This document shows, piece by piece, positions 60,101 through 64,000 of a stretch of 64,000 bases of DNA (the first letter of the stretch is position 1; every line of letters starts with the position of its first letter). The notes below the pieces were generated by a model. That model was not told the origin of the DNA, searched no databases, and saw only the letters and a list, made by a program, of their open reading frames with translations. Made by a program: the position numbers and the translations under genes. Source of the stretch: Paragordius varius (taxonomy: Eukaryota > Animalia > Nematomorpha); the NCBI GenBank assembly GCA_964247055.1, contig OZ176052.1:9858001-9922000 (forward strand). The letters run 5' to 3'.

Positions 60101-61614
60101 GCGAATTCGACACAAGTTATAAGCTTATAACTCAACGTTTAACCGATCAAATAAGTGGTCCGATGGAGGAACTCTTTAAACAGCAACAGCAGAATGGGGA
60201 TGTTAATGCGGACACTCGCGAAAACATAACGTTGGCTATGAAGGATCGCTTGCAAGAAATTAAGGTTTCTTATATATGTATGTAATACCTATATGATTGT
60301 CAAGTGTAAGCTTGCGTGTTTTTAATCCTTTACTATAAAACTTTAAAAATTTGACTTTTAGGAAAAGCATTTTTAATAACAAGTTAAATCATAAGCAACA
60401 AGATTCAATTTTATTTGGTTGTAGTTACGATGTTTCTTGATTTTATTATCTATAATATTTTAAATAAAAAGTAAACTACTTTTGTTTAAAATCTACTATT
60501 AATATTATAAGCAATATTTAGATTTATAGTTATGGAGGAATAAGGTTTAATTAAAAATATTAAAAATTATAACAATTTTATAAAATATTTTTTGGTGCGT
60601 ATAGAAACTGAAAACTTTGCTTTCAAGCATTCAACCCGAATATGAATTGGTGTTACAGAAAGGAAAAAATTTAATTGACGATTGTTCTGATGCCACGGCC
60701 TCTATATCAACCAAAAATGATTATAATGAGGTACAATTATTGTTTTTTATAATTATTATATTTTAAATAATTTTTAATAGCAGATAATAAGATAGGATAA
60801 AATTTTGGAAAAGCGAATAGGTTTTACGTGTAAAACACAGACGCATACGCATTTTTTTTTAATTATTTAATATTTCTAAGTTTTTATTGACAATACGGAT
60901 CTCTATTTTGAGTTTCAAACAAATCTATTTTATCTGTTATTCTTAGCTTTTAAATATTTTTAAATAAATTAAACAAAAAGCGAATAAAAATTTTTTATAT
61001 TCAAATAACCATTTTTATTAATACTCTGAAAAAATATATCAGCAGATTTGGGTCTGACCGGTTAATATATTCATGAAACCGTAATTCTGAGTGTTTTTTA
61101 AAAAAGCCTGTTTCTAAAACTTTGAATCTAATTATAATAATAATAGTATTAATGCTTTTATTTAATGATGTAAAAAATGATGTTTTATGATTTTATCCTT
61201 ATACGACTAGGAAAACCAATTTTCACTCGATTTTATTTTTTATATGGGATTGATTTAATTATGGAATGTTAATTACTACATTAGAGGCAATCATCAGATC
61301 CGGTCAGTTCATCTTTAGAGATGACACAATATATACCCTTTTGCTTACAAAGCGACTACTACATTTATGTTTATTAATCGTTCTAGATTCAATCCCAACT
61401 CACTGCACTTAAAAGTCTTTGGGCGGGTTTAGTTGAATCCCTAATTCAACATCACCAAAAATTAGAGTCTGACCTAGTCCTTCGAGGCCAAATACGCGAT
61501 GTATGTCAAGAGCTTACGCAATGGGCCACGGAGGAAACTGAGCGCATGAAAGAAGTCAGGGAACATTGTAATGGCGATTGTGATACGGTTAATACACTCT
61601 ATGAACAACAAATG
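16291..61614 (+). CDS. shot: Spectraplakin (shot/MACF1/dystonin/VAB-10 family), 3'-partial, roughly 60 exons in window
   Basis: Exon 1a 16291-16375 joins 32209-32270 ([12 protein letters not shown]|[21 protein letters not shown]). CH1/CH2 exons 32618-32707, 32792-32869, 33047-33139, 33476-33645, 34657-34772, 35043-35149 ([78 protein letters not shown]). Plakin region includes LQTQWIWL (39406-39501) and SH3 (LLCDY 40424-40570; 41234-41391). Spectrin-repeat exons continue in phase to 61387-61614; gene continues past the window. Confidence 0.93.
18670..18701. repeat. (TA)n microsatellite
   Basis: Direct reading. Confidence 0.9.
18936..19521 (+). mobile_element. Non-autonomous Helitron, short copy (586 bp)
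   Basis: Homologous to 7977-8346 then joins sequence homologous to 9497-9696; 3' hairpin CTCGGGCTGCGTAGCAGCACGAG then CTAG|T. Confidence 0.85.
20370..20945 (+). mobile_element. piggyBac-like MITE, copy B (576 bp)
   Basis: TTAA TSD at 20366-20369 and 20946-20949; same termini and body as copy A. Confidence 0.85.
21440..21745 (-). mobile_element. RTE-clade LINE ORF2 C-terminal fragment (decayed)
   Basis: Minus-strand translation [31 protein letters not shown]...FGYFGHIV...GRRRIR*MD resembles the RTE C-terminal pattern GCESWT..IDAFEMWCWRR.L.I.W..YFGHI.R..RGR...W.D. Confidence 0.8.
23555..25813 (+). mobile_element. Decayed mariner (mauritiana/Mos1-like), internally deleted and split by a foldback insertion
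   Basis: ATG 23670 [13 protein letters not shown]; TGDEK; [13 protein letters not shown] / [14 protein letters not shown]; HDNAPFH; [12 protein letters not shown]; AKQH; FFWHGI. Degenerate TIRs after TA 23553-54 and before TA 25814-15. Confidence 0.88.
23895..25340. mobile_element. Foldback-type element (~1.45 kb) with ~500 bp modular TIRs and TA target duplication
   Basis: Arms ~23895-24390 and ~24790-25340 are inverted; each holds a 21-nt array (TTTTTCAAGCAAAGACAACAT) and a second 21-nt array (GTCCTTGAACACTTCAAGTTG). Ends TA|TACCATT...AATGGTA|TA; removing it restores the mariner reading. Confidence 0.88.
26000..26290 (+). mobile_element. LINE reverse transcriptase fragment (decayed)
   Basis: [17 protein letters not shown] resembles the RT motif GLRQG..LSP.LF, with a decayed downstream segment. 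Confidence 0.6.
26740..28920. mobile_element. Old inverted-repeat element enclosing the second mariner
   Basis: 26740-26900 is a diverged reverse complement of 28770-28920; inner pair GCTAAAAAATCGCTCTTTGGCGTC (~26995) vs GACGCCAAAGTGCGATTTTATAGC (~27490). Confidence 0.5.
27650..28755 (-). mobile_element. Second decayed mariner (mauritiana/Mos1-like), opposite orientation
   Basis: ORF 28569 begins [11 protein letters not shown]; downstream relics [41 protein letters not shown]; homologous to the 23555 copy. Boundaries approximate. Confidence 0.85.
29449..29477. repeat. (TA)n microsatellite
   Basis: Direct reading. Confidence 0.9.
31097..31175 (+). CDS. shot: Spectraplakin alternative first coding exon 1b
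   Basis: [26 protein letters not shown] + G|GTATAT; phase 1, giving [18 protein letters not shown], similar to the Drosophila Shot [19 protein letters not shown]-terminus. Confidence 0.8.
35486..35519. repeat. (TA)n microsatellite (intronic)
   Basis: Direct reading. Confidence 0.9.
47838..48119. mobile_element. Intronic MITE with CAAATTCACCCT sub-repeats in ~45 bp TIRs
   Basis: CCATTTACATTTCAAATTCACCCTCGAACAATTCAAATTTACCC vs GGGTGAATTTGAATTGTTCGAGGGTGAATTTGAATTGTAAATGA. Confidence 0.75.
48119..48176. repeat. (AT)n microsatellite abutting the MITE right end
   Basis: Direct reading, about 29 units. Confidence 0.95.
59631..59862 (+). repeat. 116-bp near-perfect tandem duplication in an intron
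   Basis: AACTAATGGTTCCCAAT..GATTCGCTT starts at 59631 and again at 59747. Confidence 0.92.
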
Positions 61615-62180
61615 GTAAATTATAATGTATTAGCATTAAAGACTGCAAAGGGAATTTTTTTCTGGGATTTTATAAAAACTTAAATGTTTTTTGTCCATTT
61701 TTTTAACAAAGAAATGAATAAATAGATTAATTTTACAAATAAGGGTTTTTAGAGATTTCTCCCCCTTTGGTCAGACCTATCCGTTTTCTTTATTAATAAA
61801 TATGTTTTATTTTTAGGATTTTGGGTGATTTAGCCCTTTCTGTTTGAGCTTGAATGTATAAAGTTCTCATTTTTAATTAATAAGTTCATCTCTATGCTAT
61901 AGATAGCAATAGACTAACACCCATGTTCGGGTAAGTATTACTTGCGTCCTTATGCTTAAATCCTTATGCTTACGTTCTTATGCTTACATTTTTGAATAAA
62001 AATAATACATTCATCATAAGTCTGCTCCTAGTAGACTTATTAAAATTTCAAAGTGGCATAACTTCAAAAATATTGTGAATTTTTGAATTCTGTAAATTGG
62101 AGGAGAGAAAGTAAAGTATATTTAACAAATAATTTATAGGTTTTATTAATGTTGCTTCAATCATTTGGCATTAAAAGGGG

Positions 62181-64000
62181 TTTACACAACCCCTGTTAAA
62201 AAAATAGAAAAACCCTAAAACATGCATGCAAAATCAAAAGTTTTTTAGAAGAAATAGGTATGCATTTTATTCAACTATATTTTTTAGATTTTTTTGAGTT
62301 ATCAAAATTGAAATATTTGCATACTTTGTGAAATAAAAAAATCATATCCAGTTTTTCAAATTCTTTAAATTGGAGGATAAAAATGATGTATATATAACAA
62401 ATTATTTATAGGTTTTAGAAATTGAATGATCGCATACACATGTTAGTGACTAAGCTTCTTAAAAAAAATATATCTGGAACATACATGTAAAACCCAAAGT
62501 TTTTTAGAAGGTGTGCAATTGATTTAACCATATTTTTTAGATTTAGATGTCATGGCGATCGAATTATCTGAACACTTTTTGCATTTTGAGGATGAAGCAT
62601 TGAAGAATCTACTTATTTTATTGGATTTCATAAAAATTTTACTATTTGATATATAAAATTATATATTTATGTTTATTGTCAATAAATATATGATAAATTT
62701 ACTTAAGTTTCAAGCGTCTAAAAATCATTTTAATCCACAGTGCACAAAATCGGAGGCTATAAAAAATATTATGATCAATCATATATATTGCATATTAGGA
62801 ATATCATGGTGCTTGGTTTTAGGTCTAACGAATAATTTAGAGCTATATCCAATTTTGTGGTAATTGTTCCTTGAAAAGTTACAAATTAGGCAAATTTATA
62901 ATTTTTTTTATGAAAGCTAAATGCTTCCCTTTAAAAATACCATTATATTTTGATATGAACTATATTCGAAAACAAAAATGAAATTTAAAATTTTAAGCGT
63001 AGGTTCCAAAACAACTTTTTGGACTTCTCTAAAATGGGCCAGTTTTTTTAAAAAAGCCGATGCGCGATATTACTTTAAAATTAATATTTGACAATATAAT
63101 ATATTTTTTAAAAAAATTTGGCAATCGTATTTTATGGTGCTTTAAGATATCACAAAAACACTTTTGTTTAACATTTCTATCATCTCAAAATTTTGATTAG
63201 CTTTTGCTTTAAATTTGGGGAAATATTTAGGGGTCTTTTTGGTCAAACTTTAATTTCCTTTAATAATATCATTAAATTATAAACTATATTTGAAAACCAA
63301 AATGAAGTTTGTTTAGAATTTTAAGCGTAGACTCCAAATAAGTTTGCCAAATTTGCAACCTTTCGATAAGGAACAATTACCACAAAATATTCCTAATATG
63401 CAATATATATGATTGATCATAATATTTTTTATAGCCTCCGATTTTGTGCACTGTGGATTAAAATGATTTTTAGACGCTTGAAACTTAAGTAAATTTATCA
63501 TATATTTATTGACAATAAACATAAATATATAATTTTATATATCAAATAGTAAAAATTTTATGAAATCCAATAAAATAAGTAGATTGTCCAATGCCCTCAA
63601 AATGCAAAAAGTGTGCAGATAATTCGATCGCCATGACATCTAAATCTAAAAAATATGGTTAAATCAATTGCACACCTTCTAAAAAACTTTGGGTTTTACA
63701 TATATGTTCCAGATATATTTTTTTCAAGAAGCTTAGTCACTAACATGTGTATGCGATCATTCAATTTCTAAAACCTATAAATAATTTGTTATATATACAT
63801 CATTTTTATCCTCCAATTTAAAGAATTTGAAAAACTGGATAGATTTTTTTATTTCACAAAGTATGCAAATATTTCAATTTTGATAACTCAAAAAAATCTA
63901 AAAAATATAGTTGAAATGCATACCTATTTCTTCTAAAAAACTTTTGATTTTGAATGCATGTTTTAGGGTTTTTCTATTTTTTTAACAGGGGTTGTGTAAA
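62181..64000. mobile_element. Young foldback / long inverted-repeat element (>=1.8 kb, truncated by window edge)
   Basis: 62181-~62900 is a near-identical reverse complement of 64000-~63340; internal ~270-bp direct duplication in the left arm; spacer carries a direct repeat (~62950/~63275). Confidence 0.85.

Noticed and set aside
62669-63522. Two ORFs with identical N-termini on opposite strands
   Set aside because: Mirror copies produced by the inverted repeat.

Overview
Very AT-rich animal genomic DNA (probably a fast-evolving protostome; taxon not assignable from this window) with four intron-rich genes: the 3' part of a class I fructose-bisphosphate aldolase (+), a complete 15-exon PLEKHG7-like DH-PH RhoGEF (-) convergent with it, a TSSK-family kinase with a long N-terminal extension (+), and the first ~45 kb of a spectraplakin (shot/MACF1/DST; CH-CH, plakin/SH3, spectrin repeats) that runs off the window end. 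Non-coding DNA is rich in transposon relics: two Helitron copies, piggyBac-like TTAA MITEs (one nested in an older relative), two decayed mauritiana-type mariners (one split by a foldback element), LINE fragments, TA-flanked MITEs and a young ~1.8 kb inverted repeat. The most unusual signal is splicing architecture: homology and reading frame favour GT-AG introns of only 23, 22/28 and 32 nt and one apparent 37-nt GG-AG intron, in the same window as a 15.8 kb first intron with two alternative first exons. All gene models were hand-derived and family assignments rest on recalled motifs, not database searches.
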